Numbered from the stretch's first letter, positions 51,789 to 63,118 are shown. The stretch is DNA of 64,000 nucleotides from Candidatus Bathyarchaeota archaeon (GCA_963811105.1 CAWEPZ010000011.1:1152001-1216000), one strand, 5' to 3'. Notes: generated by a model not told the origin, from the sequence alone. Numbers and translations: made by a program.

Positions 51789-52805
51789 ATGGCGATCGAG
51801 TCAATTATTGAGGTCAAGAATCTCACGAAAATGTTCAATAAATTCACAGCGGTAGATGACATTTCATTTGATGTTAAGAAAGGCGAAATCTTCGGTTTAC
51901 TTGGTCCTAACGGAGCTGGTAAAAGCACAACTTTGCGTATGCTTTCCACCTTAGCCAGACCAACTAAGGGGACGGCGACTATTGGCGGCTGCGACATTGT
52001 TAAGGATGATACAGATGTACGCAAACTAATTGGTATAGTTTCTGAGAAAATGATAATGTATAATCGTTTAACTGCTAAAGAGAACCTGTGGTTTTTCGGC
52101 AGCCTCTTCAACATTCCCAAAGAAATCTTAAGCAAACGCATCGATGAACTTTTGGAGCTGGTCCAGCTGACTCAATGGAAGAATGCTCAAGTAGGCACTT
52201 TTTCAACAGGCATGCGCCAAAGAATGAATGTAATTAGGGCGTTGCTAAACACTCCAGAAGTACTATTCTTAGATGAACCAACTTTAGGTTTAGATCCTCA
52301 ATCTTCGGTTGAAATCAGAGAGTTTATACGTAAATTGAATCGGGAGAACGGCACAACTGTTGTCATAACCACTCACATGATGGTAGATGCTGACTTGTTG
52401 TGTGACCGCATAGCAATTGTTGATCATGGAAAAATCGTGGCCTTAGATACTTCAGCCAACTTGAAAAAAATAATTTCAGGGGCGGATACATCTATAATAA
52501 GACTTAACATACCTAATCTCTCGTCTGTCTTAGTAGAAAAACTTCAAGCGCTCAAATGCGCAGACGCAGTAACTCAAGAAAACCAAACTGAACTTAAGAT
52601 TTTAGCCCATGGCAACGAAGCGTTTAACAATATTATAGATTCCATTCGAGAAAACGGTGGAAACATAAGCTCTATGGAAAACCTTCAGCCAACCCTTGAA
52701 GATGTGTTTCTCCACATTACAGGCCATCAAGTACGTGATAGCGCAGATCAAAGAATTCCTTCTGAGCATAAGCGTTTTGGTGCTCCACAAAGGAGAATAA
52801 GGTGA
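51789..52805 (+). CDS. DrrA-like ABC exporter ATP-binding subunit
   Basis: GPNGAGKST, FSTGMRQR, FLDEPT, TTH, PTLEDVF. Confidence 0.93.
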   Translation: MAIESIIEVKNLTKMFNKFTAVDDISFDVKKGEIFGLLGPNGAGKSTTLRMLSTLARPTKGTATIGGCDIVKDDTDVRKLIGIVSEKMIMYNRLTAKENLWFFGSLFNIPKEILSKRIDELLELVQLTQWKNAQVGTFSTGMRQRMNVIRALLNTPEVLFLDEPTLGLDPQSSVEIREFIRKLNRENGTTVVITTHMMVDADLLCDRIAIVDHGKIVALDTSANLKKIISGADTSIIRLNIPNLSSVLVEKLQALKCADAVTQENQTELKILAHGNEAFNNIIDSIRENGGNISSMENLQPTLEDVFLHITGHQVRDSADQRIPSEHKRFGAPQRRIR

Positions 52806-53995
52806 GTAACATGACTGCAAAAACTCTGGTTTCACATACTATGCGAATTGCCTGGAAAGACCTAACTGAACTATTCAGAAACAGGCTTGGCCTAGTTCTG
52901 CTCATAGTAATGCCGCTGTTCATGATGGTTATGGTTGGTTTCATCTATCCGTCCAACGGAACGGTAACTAACCTACAAGTTGGCTTGGTTAATGACGATT
53001 TAGGTTTCCATAATTCAACCGCTCCAAGTCAAAGCTTCATCATGGGTTTGCAAGCGTTTAACAGCCAAACTCACCTGCTAGATCTCTCCAACATATCCAG
53101 CGCAGCGGAAATCAAAGATATGGTTCAGAGAGGAAACATTGAAGGGGGCATAATAATACCAAGCAATTTCTCTCAGAGTATGATGACGGGGCAGCAGGCT
53201 ACTCTAATTATCGTTAGTGACGAATCAAACCCACAAATCTCAGCAACTATTAATGGAGCCCTTAAAGGAGTGTTTGACGCAATGGGAACCACCCTCGCTC
53301 AACACAATGTGGAACCTTTGAACGCGACAAACACTTTAGCAATTGTAAAACCATTTAACGTGCAAACGCAAGGCGTTGTCTCAGGCAATCCAAGTTACTT
53401 TGATTTTATCGCTCCAGGAATAATGGCCATGACCGTTATGATGAGTGTCATGACTGGATTGCCAGTTGCTATCTCGCAAGAGAAAGAAATTGGAACAATG
53501 GATGGCATGATGGTGGCGCCAATCAATAGGCTGTCAATTATTCTCGGTAAAACTCTTGGGCAAACTGCCAGAGGCTTGATTCAAGGAGTCATCATACTAT
53601 TGTTGGCTGTTGGCATATTTGGAGTAGCAATCCAAGGGAGCATAATCCTCGTATTCGCTTTACTTCTACTGGGAGTATTCGCCTTCGTTGGCTTAGGCAT
53701 AGTGATAACATCATTTACAAAAGATCAAGAGACCGCACAGATGCTTATGATGACACTGATGTTTCCAATGATGTTCCTCAGCGGAGTCTTCTTCCCCATC
53801 CAACAGATGCCATGGTATATGCAAGATATCTCAAAGGTCCTACCCCTAACCTACGCTTCACAAGCACTCCGAAAAGTCATGGTATTAGGCGCTGGAATCC
53901 CTGCGATATCCACTGAACTCATAGTGTTGATTGTATTCGGAGCCGTAATGATAGCAATTGCAGTACCTGTATTCAGAAGAATGATGACACGATAG
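52802..53995 (+). CDS. ABC-2 type permease
   Basis: YFDFIAPGI, EKEIGT, FLSGVFFP, PLTY; six TM segments. Confidence 0.92.
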   Translation: MSNMTAKTLVSHTMRIAWKDLTELFRNRLGLVLLIVMPLFMMVMVGFIYPSNGTVTNLQVGLVNDDLGFHNSTAPSQSFIMGLQAFNSQTHLLDLSNISSAAEIKDMVQRGNIEGGIIIPSNFSQSMMTGQQATLIIVSDESNPQISATINGALKGVFDAMGTTLAQHNVEPLNATNTLAIVKPFNVQTQGVVSGNPSYFDFIAPGIMAMTVMMSVMTGLPVAISQEKEIGTMDGMMVAPINRLSIILGKTLGQTARGLIQGVIILLLAVGIFGVAIQGSIILVFALLLLGVFAFVGLGIVITSFTKDQETAQMLMMTLMFPMMFLSGVFFPIQQMPWYMQDISKVLPLTYASQALRKVMVLGAGIPAISTELIVLIVFGAVMIAIAVPVFRRMMTR

Positions 53996-54013
53996 AACCC
54001 AGGAGAAAGAATC

Positions 54014-54169
54014 TTGAGTACGCTTTGCTCCAAATGCCCCTTTTTTCAACTCGCTCCCCTGATAAGGCGTAAGAATGCGCGCAAAAGATGCCGAATTGAA
54101 CCACAAAGGCAACTCCGAATCTACGAATGCAAAGACTATCCTGAAAAAAAGGGACTTTTCAGACGGTAA
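54014..54169 (+). CDS. Unannotated 51-aa four-Cys basic protein
   Basis: AGGAG SD at 54001, TTG start, MSTLCSKCPFF...KRC...YECKDY..., then TAA and a T-rich tract. Confidence 0.5.
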   Translation: MSTLCSKCPFFQLAPLIRRKNARKRCRIEPQRQLRIYECKDYPEKKGLFRR

Positions 54170-54268
54170 TTTTTCATTTTCCTTAACTGTTTTTAGACCT
54201 TTTTGTCATTATCCCCGTCATGGTTTTATATTCTGCACGCATAGAACTCCAAAGAAGAGAAAATAGCT

Positions 54269-55711
54269 ATGTCAGATACCGGAGTAACCGTAAAGAAAAA
54301 TCAAGACTTCTCCGAATGGTATGTAGAGGTAGTTTTGAAAGCGGGACTTGCGGATTACGCGCCTGTCAAAGGCTGCATGATTATCCGTGAAGATGCTTAC
54401 GCTGTGTGGGAGAAAATTCAAGAAATTCTAAACCAAAAAATCAAGGCTACGGGGCATCGAAATGTGTACTTTCCAATGTTTATTCCAGAAGCTTTCTTAA
54501 AAAAGGAGGCTGAGCATTTTGCTGGTTTCACGCCTGAAGTTGCGTGGATTACCATGGGCGGTGACACGATGCTTGAGGAAAGACTGGCGGTTAGACCAAC
54601 TAGTGAAACAATAATATATGACACGTTCAACAAGTGGATACGCAGCTGGCGTGACTTACCAATTAAAATTAATCAGTGGTGCAACATTGTAAGGTGGGAA
54701 ACAAAAGCCACTAAATTGTTTTTACGTACAAGGGAATTTCTCTGGCAAGAAGGACATACAGCACACGCATCAAGTGAAGAAGCAGAGGCGGAAGTCCTGT
54801 ATGCCCTAAACGAGTACAAAGATATAATTGAGAATTACCTTGCTATCCCAGTGCTGGTTGGTACTAAGAGTGACAGCGAAAAATTTGCTGGAGCCCTATA
54901 TACCACCGCGTTGGAGTCGATTATGCCTGATGGTAAAGCGCTGCAGATGGGAACTAGCCATAACTTGGGGCAGCATTTTGCCAAAGTGTTTGATATCAAA
55001 TACATTGGCGAAGACAAAGTTGACCATTATGTTTGGCAAACTAGCTGGGGCATAACTACACGGCTAATTGGCGCTATGATTATGGTTCACGGTGACGACA
55101 AGGGTTTAATTATGCCGCCAAAAGTTGCGCCTTTCCAAGTTGTTATTGTTCCAATACTTTTCAAGGGTGCCGAGCCAGAGGCAATCAAGGCTAAAGCCAA
55201 GGAAATCTCTGAACACCTAAAAGCCCAAGGCTTTAATGTTATTTTAGATTCACGGGATGAGTATACGCCAGGCTGGAAGTTTAACCAATGGGAACTCAAA
55301 GGCGTGCCTATCCGCATTGAAATTGGTCCACGTGATCTCAAACAAGGGCAAGTTGTAATAGTTAGACGGGACACAGGCCAAAAAACACCAGTTAAAGAAG
55401 CAGACATACCAGTCACCGTCGAAAAGCTTCTGCAGGAAATTCAGGATAACCTATTTGCCAAAGCCAAAGCTATAATGCAAGAAAAAACCACCAGTGTACA
55501 AAGTTATGAGGAGTTCAAAGCAGTCATTTGTGACAAAGGCGGCTTTGTGAAGGCAGCGTGGTGTGGAAACGCTGATGATGAAGCAAAGATTAAGGATGAA
55601 ACAGGCGCAACCATCAGAGTTCGTCCTTTCCAACCAGAAGAGCCAAAAACAAATTGTATTTACTGTGGACAGAAAGCTAAAGAAACGGTGTATTTTGCTC
55701 GATCATATTGA
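54269..55711 (+). CDS. proS: Prolyl-tRNA synthetase (archaeal/eukaryotic type)
   Basis: FSEWY, RPTSET, FLRTREFLWQEGH, SWGITTR, C-terminal FARSY. Confidence 0.98.
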   Translation: MSDTGVTVKKNQDFSEWYVEVVLKAGLADYAPVKGCMIIREDAYAVWEKIQEILNQKIKATGHRNVYFPMFIPEAFLKKEAEHFAGFTPEVAWITMGGDTMLEERLAVRPTSETIIYDTFNKWIRSWRDLPIKINQWCNIVRWETKATKLFLRTREFLWQEGHTAHASSEEAEAEVLYALNEYKDIIENYLAIPVLVGTKSDSEKFAGALYTTALESIMPDGKALQMGTSHNLGQHFAKVFDIKYIGEDKVDHYVWQTSWGITTRLIGAMIMVHGDDKGLIMPPKVAPFQVVIVPILFKGAEPEAIKAKAKEISEHLKAQGFNVILDSRDEYTPGWKFNQWELKGVPIRIEIGPRDLKQGQVVIVRRDTGQKTPVKEADIPVTVEKLLQEIQDNLFAKAKAIMQEKTTSVQSYEEFKAVICDKGGFVKAAWCGNADDEAKIKDETGATIRVRPFQPEEPKTNCIYCGQKAKETVYFARSY

Positions 55712-55718
55712 CAAGAGG

Positions 55719-57554
55719 TTATTCTTCTAAATTAACGTAAGTATTCAGCTGTTTAGCTTCCTGGGCTAAACCTAACTGATTTAAAGTGGCTTTCGTAGGT
55801 ACTCCACGTTCATCCCATCTCCTCTTCTGATAATAGCTACTTAACATACTGTTGTACTTCTCCATACTAAGCAACGAGCCTTTTAATGCGCCTTCAGTCA
55901 AGGGTTCTTTAAACCACCTCATAGGCGGCACATCCAAGTTCCGACTCCATTTTTCCCTGTATTCCCGCACCCAAAAAGCCCGCATCAAAGTTAGGATTCT
56001 ATCGCTGATTTGATTTAGCTGCTCCAAAGAAAAATCTATTCCAGTTGAAGCTTTGAGGTATTTCTGATACCATTCAAGTTCGAAGCCAAGTGAGTTGTAA
56101 GGGAAACGGCAGACAGTTAATGCTTCAAAGAGTCCACCACGGATAAGCTGGGTTTTAATCAGGAAATCAACTTTGGCTGAATCGTAATTCTCTCGACCAG
56201 CTTTAATCTCCCACGTTATAAGCCAAGCATCTTTGTGGTGCGCACCGATGGAGTTTGTGCCATAAGCTAAAGCCATACCTGGTGCTGCATGGCAATCGTA
56301 GGCCGAGATTTCTAAGCCTTTAACGTGCATTGCCCAATCGCTTGACCCCTTACCAATTACGTCGGAAGCTGAACGGACGCCTTCAGATAGGATTAAACCT
56401 AAACCCCGCCTGTAAGCAATATCATTAATGAGTACCTTAATTTTTTCAAACTCCCCCCAGCCTATTTTATCCGTTATCAATCCTTTCTCGGAGGCTTCCA
56501 TGGCGAATCCTATTGAATTCCCAAGAGAGATAGCGTCTATCCCAAGCTGGTCAGCCATGCGGTTCAAATTGGAGACCTGTGCAAGATTGCCCAGGCCAAT
56601 GTTGGAACCCAACATAACAACATTCTCATAATCCAATTCAGAATCTTTCTCTTCATTATCCTTTACAACGTTTCCGCAAGTCATGTTGCATTGTGGACAA
56701 CCACGGTTTGAAATCTTAATTTTTTCCATAGCAAACCCGCTGATCGCCTCAGCGTTATCAAAAACAGCTTGCCTATAATTGAAAGTTGGAAGGGCACCAT
56801 TTTCCTGTGACCACTCTACTGTTGACATGGTTCCTTGCCTCTTCCAAAACTGGTAGAGCGGTTTAGTTAGGATTTCTTTGTAGCCGTCTGCTGCCAACTT
56901 TTTCATCTCACCTGGGTCAGCGATGGGGATTTGACCAGTGCCTTCGATTACGATCGCTTTCAGGTTTTTGGAGCCCATGACAGCACCCATTCCAGGTCGT
57001 CCACCAGAGCGTCCGTTTTGGGAAACAACGGTTGCAAACTTTACTAAGTTTTCTCCAGCCGGACCTATTGATACTATGCCTGCGGTGGGGGAGAACATTC
57101 TTCTCAACTGCTCGTCTGTTTCGAAGCAGTTTAAGCCCCAGAAATCTTGAGCGTCAAGGAACTCACAGGATGCATCAACAACGTGAACGATAATGTGCTT
57201 AGGTGCTTTGCCCTCAACAACCAGTGCGTCGTAACCAGCCTTGCGCATGTTTACAGCTGCCAGTGTTCCCATGTTTCCATCGCCGTAACCGCCAGTCAAG
57301 GGACTTTTTGAGGCAACAACAAGTTTGCCGCTATTAGGTAAACCAATGGCTGTTAACGGACCAGTGGCGAAAATTAGCTTGTTCTCAGGTGACAATGGAT
57401 CTATTCCCTGTTTTAGGGTGTCCCAGAGGATCTTGACGGCAAAGCCTCTGCCTCCTAGAAAATTCAATGCTAAGCTTTCGCTGTATTGTTGGGATAAAGC
57501 TTTGCGTTTGGTTAAATCAATATTTAGAAAATTACCAGTCCATCCAAACATCAT
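55719..57554 (-). CDS. aor: Tungsten-dependent aldehyde:ferredoxin oxidoreductase family
   Basis: KSPLTGG, GRPGMGAVMGSKNLKA, CPQCNMTC, DQLGIDAIS, VCRF. Confidence 0.92.
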   Translation of the reverse strand: MMFGWTGNFLNIDLTKRKALSQQYSESLALNFLGGRGFAVKILWDTLKQGIDPLSPENKLIFATGPLTAIGLPNSGKLVVASKSPLTGGYGDGNMGTLAAVNMRKAGYDALVVEGKAPKHIIVHVVDASCEFLDAQDFWGLNCFETDEQLRRMFSPTAGIVSIGPAGENLVKFATVVSQNGRSGGRPGMGAVMGSKNLKAIVIEGTGQIPIADPGEMKKLAADGYKEILTKPLYQFWKRQGTMSTVEWSQENGALPTFNYRQAVFDNAEAISGFAMEKIKISNRGCPQCNMTCGNVVKDNEEKDSELDYENVVMLGSNIGLGNLAQVSNLNRMADQLGIDAISLGNSIGFAMEASEKGLITDKIGWGEFEKIKVLINDIAYRRGLGLILSEGVRSASDVIGKGSSDWAMHVKGLEISAYDCHAAPGMALAYGTNSIGAHHKDAWLITWEIKAGRENYDSAKVDFLIKTQLIRGGLFEALTVCRFPYNSLGFELEWYQKYLKASTGIDFSLEQLNQISDRILTLMRAFWVREYREKWSRNLDVPPMRWFKEPLTEGALKGSLLSMEKYNSMLSSYYQKRRWDERGVPTKATLNQLGLAQEAKQLNTYVNLEE

Positions 57555-57716
57555 TACTCACCAAAACTCAGGCTACATCAGAAAGAAAATCGAAAATAAA
57601 AATATGCCGAGAAATAAAAGACATCCTTTCTTAGTTGCCTTAAGACTGTTGATTCTGTGATCTTAGGAAGATTTATTTTTTCGGTTAGCAAGTGTTCTGG
57701 TTACAGGTAACATAAA

Positions 57717-58931
57717 TTGGGCATCAAAGTGACAAGCAGAGCATCGAATATAGAGTATGCGATTCGGGATGTAATAGTACATACAAAACAACTAATAGAA
57801 AACGGCAAAAAAATTTATTACCTAAACATCGGTGATCCCGCCGCATTTGATTTTAAAACTCCAAAAAGTCTTAAAGATGCTTTATGTCAGGCAATTGCGA
57901 AAGAGGATAATTATTATTCACCTTCAGAAGGACTGCTTGAACTTAGAATAGCCGTGGCAAAAAAAGAGAAAAAAATTAATAATGTTGACATTTCAGCGGA
58001 TGATGTACTGGTAACTGAGGGCATTTCAGAAGGGATTCAAATGCTGATGGGTGCCCTCGTTGAGAAAGGCGACGAAATCCTTTTTCCTGGTCCAACTTAT
58101 CCACCTTACATTTCATATACTAAATTTTTCGATGGAAAACCAGTTGCTTACGAGACAATCGAAAATGAAGGTTGGCAGCCAAACATCGACGACTTAAGAA
58201 GCAAAATAACCAAAAAAACAAGGGCAATAGTCATAATTAACCCCAATAATCCTACAGGAGCGGTCTATAGTGAGAAAACAGTTAAGGAAATCCTTGACAT
58301 AGCAGGCGAACACAACTTACCTGTATTATCTGACGAAATTTACGATCAATTAACATATGAAAAGGAATTCGTTAGCACTGCTTACCTTTCAAAAGATGTG
58401 CCCGTTGTCGGGTTAAACGGCTTCTCGAAAGTCTACCAGATGACAGGCTGGCGTTTGGGCTACATATACTTTAAAGGCGAGGGTAAAAAACTAGATCAAT
58501 TAAGAGAGGGAGTGGAGAAAGAGTGCCGAATTCGAATTTGTGCCAACACACCCGTACAGATTGCGGCGACAGCCGCGCTTAATGGACCACAGGATTTCGT
58601 GCAGGATATAGTTGATAGGCTAAGACAAAGAAGAGACTTCGCTTGGAAACGACTAAACGAAATTCAAGGAATAAGTACAACCAAGCCTGAAGGAGCATTC
58701 TACATTTTCCCAAAGATTCATGATGTTGGCTCTATTTGGAAGACTGACATGGAATTTGTCGTTGACTTGCTGAAGCAAACCGGTGTCCTCATTGTTAATG
58801 GTTCAGGTTTTGACCCATTTTACGGCAAAGGACATGCCCGTGCAGTTTTTCTGCCGCCCATTGAAGAGTTGGATGAAGCTTTCAACGCTCTGGAAGGATT
58901 CATGAAGAAAAGAAAAAACAACAAACCGTAG
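57717..58931 (+). CDS. Class I/II PLP aminotransferase (alanine aminotransferase-like)
   Basis: YAIRD, LNIGDP, NPNNPTG, DEIYD, SKVYQMTGWRLG. Confidence 0.92.
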   Translation: MGIKVTSRASNIEYAIRDVIVHTKQLIENGKKIYYLNIGDPAAFDFKTPKSLKDALCQAIAKEDNYYSPSEGLLELRIAVAKKEKKINNVDISADDVLVTEGISEGIQMLMGALVEKGDEILFPGPTYPPYISYTKFFDGKPVAYETIENEGWQPNIDDLRSKITKKTRAIVIINPNNPTGAVYSEKTVKEILDIAGEHNLPVLSDEIYDQLTYEKEFVSTAYLSKDVPVVGLNGFSKVYQMTGWRLGYIYFKGEGKKLDQLREGVEKECRIRICANTPVQIAATAALNGPQDFVQDIVDRLRQRRDFAWKRLNEIQGISTTKPEGAFYIFPKIHDVGSIWKTDMEFVVDLLKQTGVLIVNGSGFDPFYGKGHARAVFLPPIEELDEAFNALEGFMKKRKNNKP

Positions 58932-59162
58932 CATCATACTTCCTGCTCTTCTTTTGTCCACATTCAGCCTCCAAAAAAGTGGACCCACTTTCCCCACCGT
59001 AATAGATAGAGGGATTACCAACTGTTGAAGTGTACTCCTTCTAATCTCGAATTAAACGATGACCATAGGTGCTCGAAAAATTATCGAAAACACAATGCAT
59101 ATTAACGCATACAACAATCAAAACTTAATTTTTACAGCCTCAAATTTGGAGTGGACAAAAGT

Positions 59163-60350
59163 ATGGTTAATGTTATTTTAAAGGATGGCGTTAACTGGGT
59201 TGGCGCTGTTGACTGGAACTTAAGAGACTTCCATGGGTACAATACCAACAGGGGAAGCTCATACAACGCCTACTTAATAAGAGATGAGAAAACAGCGCTT
59301 GTTGACACAGTTAAGAGCCAATTTTGTGACGACCTAATATCGCATGTTACTGAATTAACAAGTTTTGAAAAAATCGATTACATCATAGTTAACCATGTAG
59401 AAATGGATCATTCCAGCAGCCTACCTAGAATTGCGAAGCTTGCAAAAAACGCCAAAATTCTGGCTTCGGCGAGGGGCAAAGATGAGTTAATCAAACATTA
59501 CGGTCATGACTTTGATATGGTTGAAACTGTGAAAACTGGCGATGAACTAAAGCTAGGGAGGAAAACGCTGCGGTTTTTGGAGGCTCCTATGCTTCATTGG
59601 CCTGACAGCATGTTTACTTATGATGTTGAAGATAAAATCTTGTTGCCCAACGACGCTTTTGGACAACACCTTGCCAGTTCAGGGAGGTACGACGACGAGG
59701 TTGACGACCATGTCCTTATGGAAGAAGCGGCTATGTACTATGCTAATATCCTGATGCCGTTTGCCCCTTTGATAACGCGCAAGATTCAGGAGGTTATCGG
59801 TATGAAACTTGAAATTGACATGATTGCTCCAAGCCATGGAATAATCTGGCGAAAAGACCCAATGAAAATCGTCAACGCGTATCTCAAGTGGAGTTCAATG
59901 GAGAGCAAAAATAAGGTTGTTATAGTTTTTGACACCATGTGGCATAGCACAGATACGATGGCAAGAGCCATTGCCGACGGCGTAATTAGCCAGGGCGTAG
60001 AAGCTAGACTCTACAAGCTACGCTCTTACAGCATTTCAGAAGCCATGACCGAAATCCTTGATGCAAAAGCGGTTCTTGTTGGTTCACCAACACTTAACAA
60101 TGGAATGTTCCCAACCCTTGGCCAATTTCTAACATACGCGACAGGATTGAAGCCTAAAGACAAACTCTGGGCTTTCTTCGGCTCCTACGGATGGGGAGGC
60201 GGCGCAGTGAAAAGCATGGTTGACATGGCGAAAAAGGCAGGCTTTGATGTACAAGAACCAGGCGTTGAAGTGAAGTTTGTTCCTGACAAAGAGGATTTGA
60301 AAAAGTGCTTTGAGTTTGGGCTGCAAATAGCCCAAAAAATCAAAGCATAA
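59163..60350 (+). CDS. fprA: Flavodiiron protein FprA (O2/NO reductase)
   Basis: HVEMDH, HWPDSM, DAFGQH, PSHG and flavodoxin domain (GSPT, FGSYGW). Confidence 0.95.
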   Translation: MVNVILKDGVNWVGAVDWNLRDFHGYNTNRGSSYNAYLIRDEKTALVDTVKSQFCDDLISHVTELTSFEKIDYIIVNHVEMDHSSSLPRIAKLAKNAKILASARGKDELIKHYGHDFDMVETVKTGDELKLGRKTLRFLEAPMLHWPDSMFTYDVEDKILLPNDAFGQHLASSGRYDDEVDDHVLMEEAAMYYANILMPFAPLITRKIQEVIGMKLEIDMIAPSHGIIWRKDPMKIVNAYLKWSSMESKNKVVIVFDTMWHSTDTMARAIADGVISQGVEARLYKLRSYSISEAMTEILDAKAVLVGSPTLNNGMFPTLGQFLTYATGLKPKDKLWAFFGSYGWGGGAVKSMVDMAKKAGFDVQEPGVEVKFVPDKEDLKKCFEFGLQIAQKIKA

Positions 60351-60353
60351 TTT

Positions 60354-60857
60354 TTATGTTATTTTCATAAATTTCTCTTTGGCCGTTGCACAGATAGGGC
60401 AATTATCGGGTGTTGAGCCTTCAAAAGTGTTTCCGCAAACTGGGCACACATAGTAATCCGCATGTGAAGGGCGCATCTTGTTTTTCAATGCGTCAAGAGC
60501 TTTCTGATAAAGAGTTGCATGGATTTGCTCCACCCTATTTGCGTAGTCAAAGCTCAATTGGGCAGGTTTATTTGCCTCTTTTTTGGCTTCCTCAATAAAT
60601 TCAGGGTACATTTCTTTGAATTCATAGGTTTCGCCAGATACAGCTGTACCAAGGTTGTCAATAGTTGATTTCACCTGCTTCATAACTCTGAGATGGTTGA
60701 GGGCATGAACAGTTTCTGCTTCAGCTGCGGCTTTAAACAACTGAGCAATTTGAGGGAAGCCTTCTTCTTCAGCCTTCTTAGCGAAAGCCAAATACAGTCT
60801 ATTGGCTTGGGATTCGCCTGCGAAAGCAGCTTTAAGATTCTCATCTGTTTTGGTCAT
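60354..60857 (-). CDS. rbr: Rubrerythrin
   Basis: AFAGESQA, E..HA, GETYE...MYP, VEQIH and rubredoxin-like CPVCG/CPICA. Confidence 0.95.
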   Translation of the reverse strand: MTKTDENLKAAFAGESQANRLYLAFAKKAEEEGFPQIAQLFKAAAEAETVHALNHLRVMKQVKSTIDNLGTAVSGETYEFKEMYPEFIEEAKKEANKPAQLSFDYANRVEQIHATLYQKALDALKNKMRPSHADYYVCPVCGNTFEGSTPDNCPICATAKEKFMKIT

Positions 60858-60968
60858 AAAAATCAATAAAGTAGTAATTTGCCGGAGGGTAATAAGCTAT
60901 ACTAACCCAGCACGAAACAAAGTTTTGCAGCAAGAAGATTTGATCTGGCTTTAAGCGACTGTTTTTTG

Positions 60969-62228
60969 CTATGGACTCGTTTTTTGGAAGCTTTCGTCTG
61001 AATTGCAAAAGAAATAACCGGCAATTATCGAAGCAAAAACTGAGGTTAAGAGTACCAGCCAAGGATTTGTTAAAAGATACATATCAAGTGAAGCTTTGAT
61101 TACAACTACATTCATAGCCATTGGCGCCATAACTGAAAAAATAACCAAAGCTTGATTTCTTTTTCTAAACGCCATTAAGCTGCCAACGATTCCAAAAGCG
61201 AATGTTACCATACCTAGCAGTGAAAGTGGAAGCCAATCAAACGTGTGCAAAATGCCCTCTAAACCAACCAGTCCCCAATACAGGCTTATGAGTGAAGTAA
61301 CTATCAACAAGACCCCTCCGAAAAAGGGAAAACTCGAATGATTAATCACACCCGAATTGTTTGCTTTCCTGGATTTAGAAAAGTGAATCATTACTGCGAC
61401 AAAAGTAAACACTGAACCTAATCCCACTGCGTATAGCCATATTTGCTGGTTTGCATTTTGCGCAAAGCTAAACCCATTGTTTGTGGTGGTCCAGCCTTCT
61501 TTTGACACCTTAACGTTGACGTATGCGGTTGGGAAAAATGTTGAGCTGTTTGAGTAGTAAATACCTTGTGTTTGTGATTTTTGGGCTTTCACACCGTTAA
61601 TAGTTACATTTACACCTTGAACGGTTTTTGGCAGCAAAGTTTGGTTATTATATGTGGCCCATGCAGGCAAGGTTAATCCTTCCTCAGGAAGCAACAGATA
61701 GGTAACATTCACTGAGCTACCAATGTTTCCTAAGTTGCCAGTTTCAGAGCTTACTAAAGCTACTTTGAAAGTATCCCACCAAATAACTGCCGATTTAGAT
61801 AGCAAGCCGAAAACATTTTTTGCTGAATCAACAAGCCCGGCTTTCCATTCTTTGCCATCTGAAGTAGTCAATTTTGTTGGCGTGAAAGTCAAAATGTCAG
61901 CGGTTGATGAGGAATAGTTGAAAATGAAAGTTCCGATAGTAGTATTAAACGATAAAGTCTCTAATAGTTGGTTTTCGCCATTATAGACTTGAATTGTTGC
62001 TGTAGCATTAGAAATGTTCTTTCCATCATCTGCACCGTAACTCCAAAGGGATTCAAACGAAACTGTCCAGGTTCTGCCTACTGCTGTATACATTGGTGAA
62101 TCGGGGGTTGTAGGTTTAATTGTTATGTAATAGTTGGATTGCGTTTGAGCAGTAACATTACTGATGAAAAGCGGAAGAACTAAGAAAATGCCTATCAAAA
62201 TTATCCATGCCAAACGCTTGTATTTCAA
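60969..62228 (-). CDS. Membrane protein: signal peptide, Ser/Thr-rich Ig-like ectodomain, about five C-terminal TM helices
   Basis: Hydropathy pattern and several N-x-S/T sequons. Confidence 0.75.
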   Translation of the reverse strand: MKYKRLAWIILIGIFLVLPLFISNVTAQTQSNYYITIKPTTPDSPMYTAVGRTWTVSFESLWSYGADDGKNISNATATIQVYNGENQLLETLSFNTTIGTFIFNYSSSTADILTFTPTKLTTSDGKEWKAGLVDSAKNVFGLLSKSAVIWWDTFKVALVSSETGNLGNIGSSVNVTYLLLPEEGLTLPAWATYNNQTLLPKTVQGVNVTINGVKAQKSQTQGIYYSNSSTFFPTAYVNVKVSKEGWTTTNNGFSFAQNANQQIWLYAVGLGSVFTFVAVMIHFSKSRKANNSGVINHSSFPFFGGVLLIVTSLISLYWGLVGLEGILHTFDWLPLSLLGMVTFAFGIVGSLMAFRKRNQALVIFSVMAPMAMNVVVIKASLDMYLLTNPWLVLLTSVFASIIAGYFFCNSDESFQKTSP

Positions 62229-62409
62229 ACGTAATCTTCCCCCTCAATAGTTCTGTTATGGTGGGTTTTGCTCAATATACTTTTGGGATTTATATTAATC
62301 GTTTGGGGAGTCCAACTATTGAAAAACCATGGTATAGGCTATTTTTGGGTTAAGGTAAAGTATATTAGTTGTTTTTAGCATTGGTTTGGTTGATTTTTAG
62401 GTGAATTTT

Positions 62410-63024
62410 ATGGAGAAAATAAAATCGTTTAGTCTACCTAAACTACCCTATGATTATAATGCTCTTGAACCATACATTTCAGAGCAGCAACTTAAACTTC
62501 ATCACGACAAGCACCACCAAGCCTACGTGAACGGGGCAAACACGGCTTTTGAAAAACTAGACAAAGCACACAGTGAAAACGCTGATTTAGATATGAAAGC
62601 TACACTAAAAGAATTATCCTTCAACATCGGCGGGCATCTTTTACACTCAATTTTCTGGGAAAACATGGCTCCCGCAGGCAAAGGTGGAGGAGGACAACCA
62701 AGTGGAGCAGTGGCTGAAATGATTAACATGGGATTTGGAAGTTTCGAGCGGTTTAAAAAAGAGTTTACAATGGCCGCGACAAGCGTCGAGGGTTCGGGAT
62801 GGGCTGCACTGGCAGTTCACCCATGCATCAGCAGGCCTTTGATAATGCAGATTGAAAAGCACAACGTGAACATTTTCCCCACATTCAACATATTGATGGT
62901 TTTAGATGTTTGGGAACATGCTTACTACATTGACTACAAGAACGAGCGGCCCAAGTTCATTGAAGCCTTCTGGAACGTTGTCAACTGGGGCAGAGTAAAT
63001 AAAAACCTAAGCCTCGTAAAGTAA
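62410..63024 (+). CDS. sod: Fe/Mn superoxide dismutase
   Basis: [24 protein letters not shown]. Confidence 0.97.
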   Translation: MEKIKSFSLPKLPYDYNALEPYISEQQLKLHHDKHHQAYVNGANTAFEKLDKAHSENADLDMKATLKELSFNIGGHLLHSIFWENMAPAGKGGGGQPSGAVAEMINMGFGSFERFKKEFTMAATSVEGSGWAALAVHPCISRPLIMQIEKHNVNIFPTFNILMVLDVWEHAYYIDYKNERPKFIEAFWNVVNWGRVNKNLSLVK

Positions 63025-63118
63025 GCCAGACGCTTACCTTTTTTTTACTCTTTTTTATGTTTAGTTTATAAAAATAGGAGCGCCAAAGCAAAAGCGCTGG
63101 TTTGATATTGGTTTTCTC

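Noticed and set aside
58935-58975. GGAGG SD followed by a 9-codon ORF (MWTKEEQEV) on the minus strand
   Set aside because: Too short to support without conservation data.
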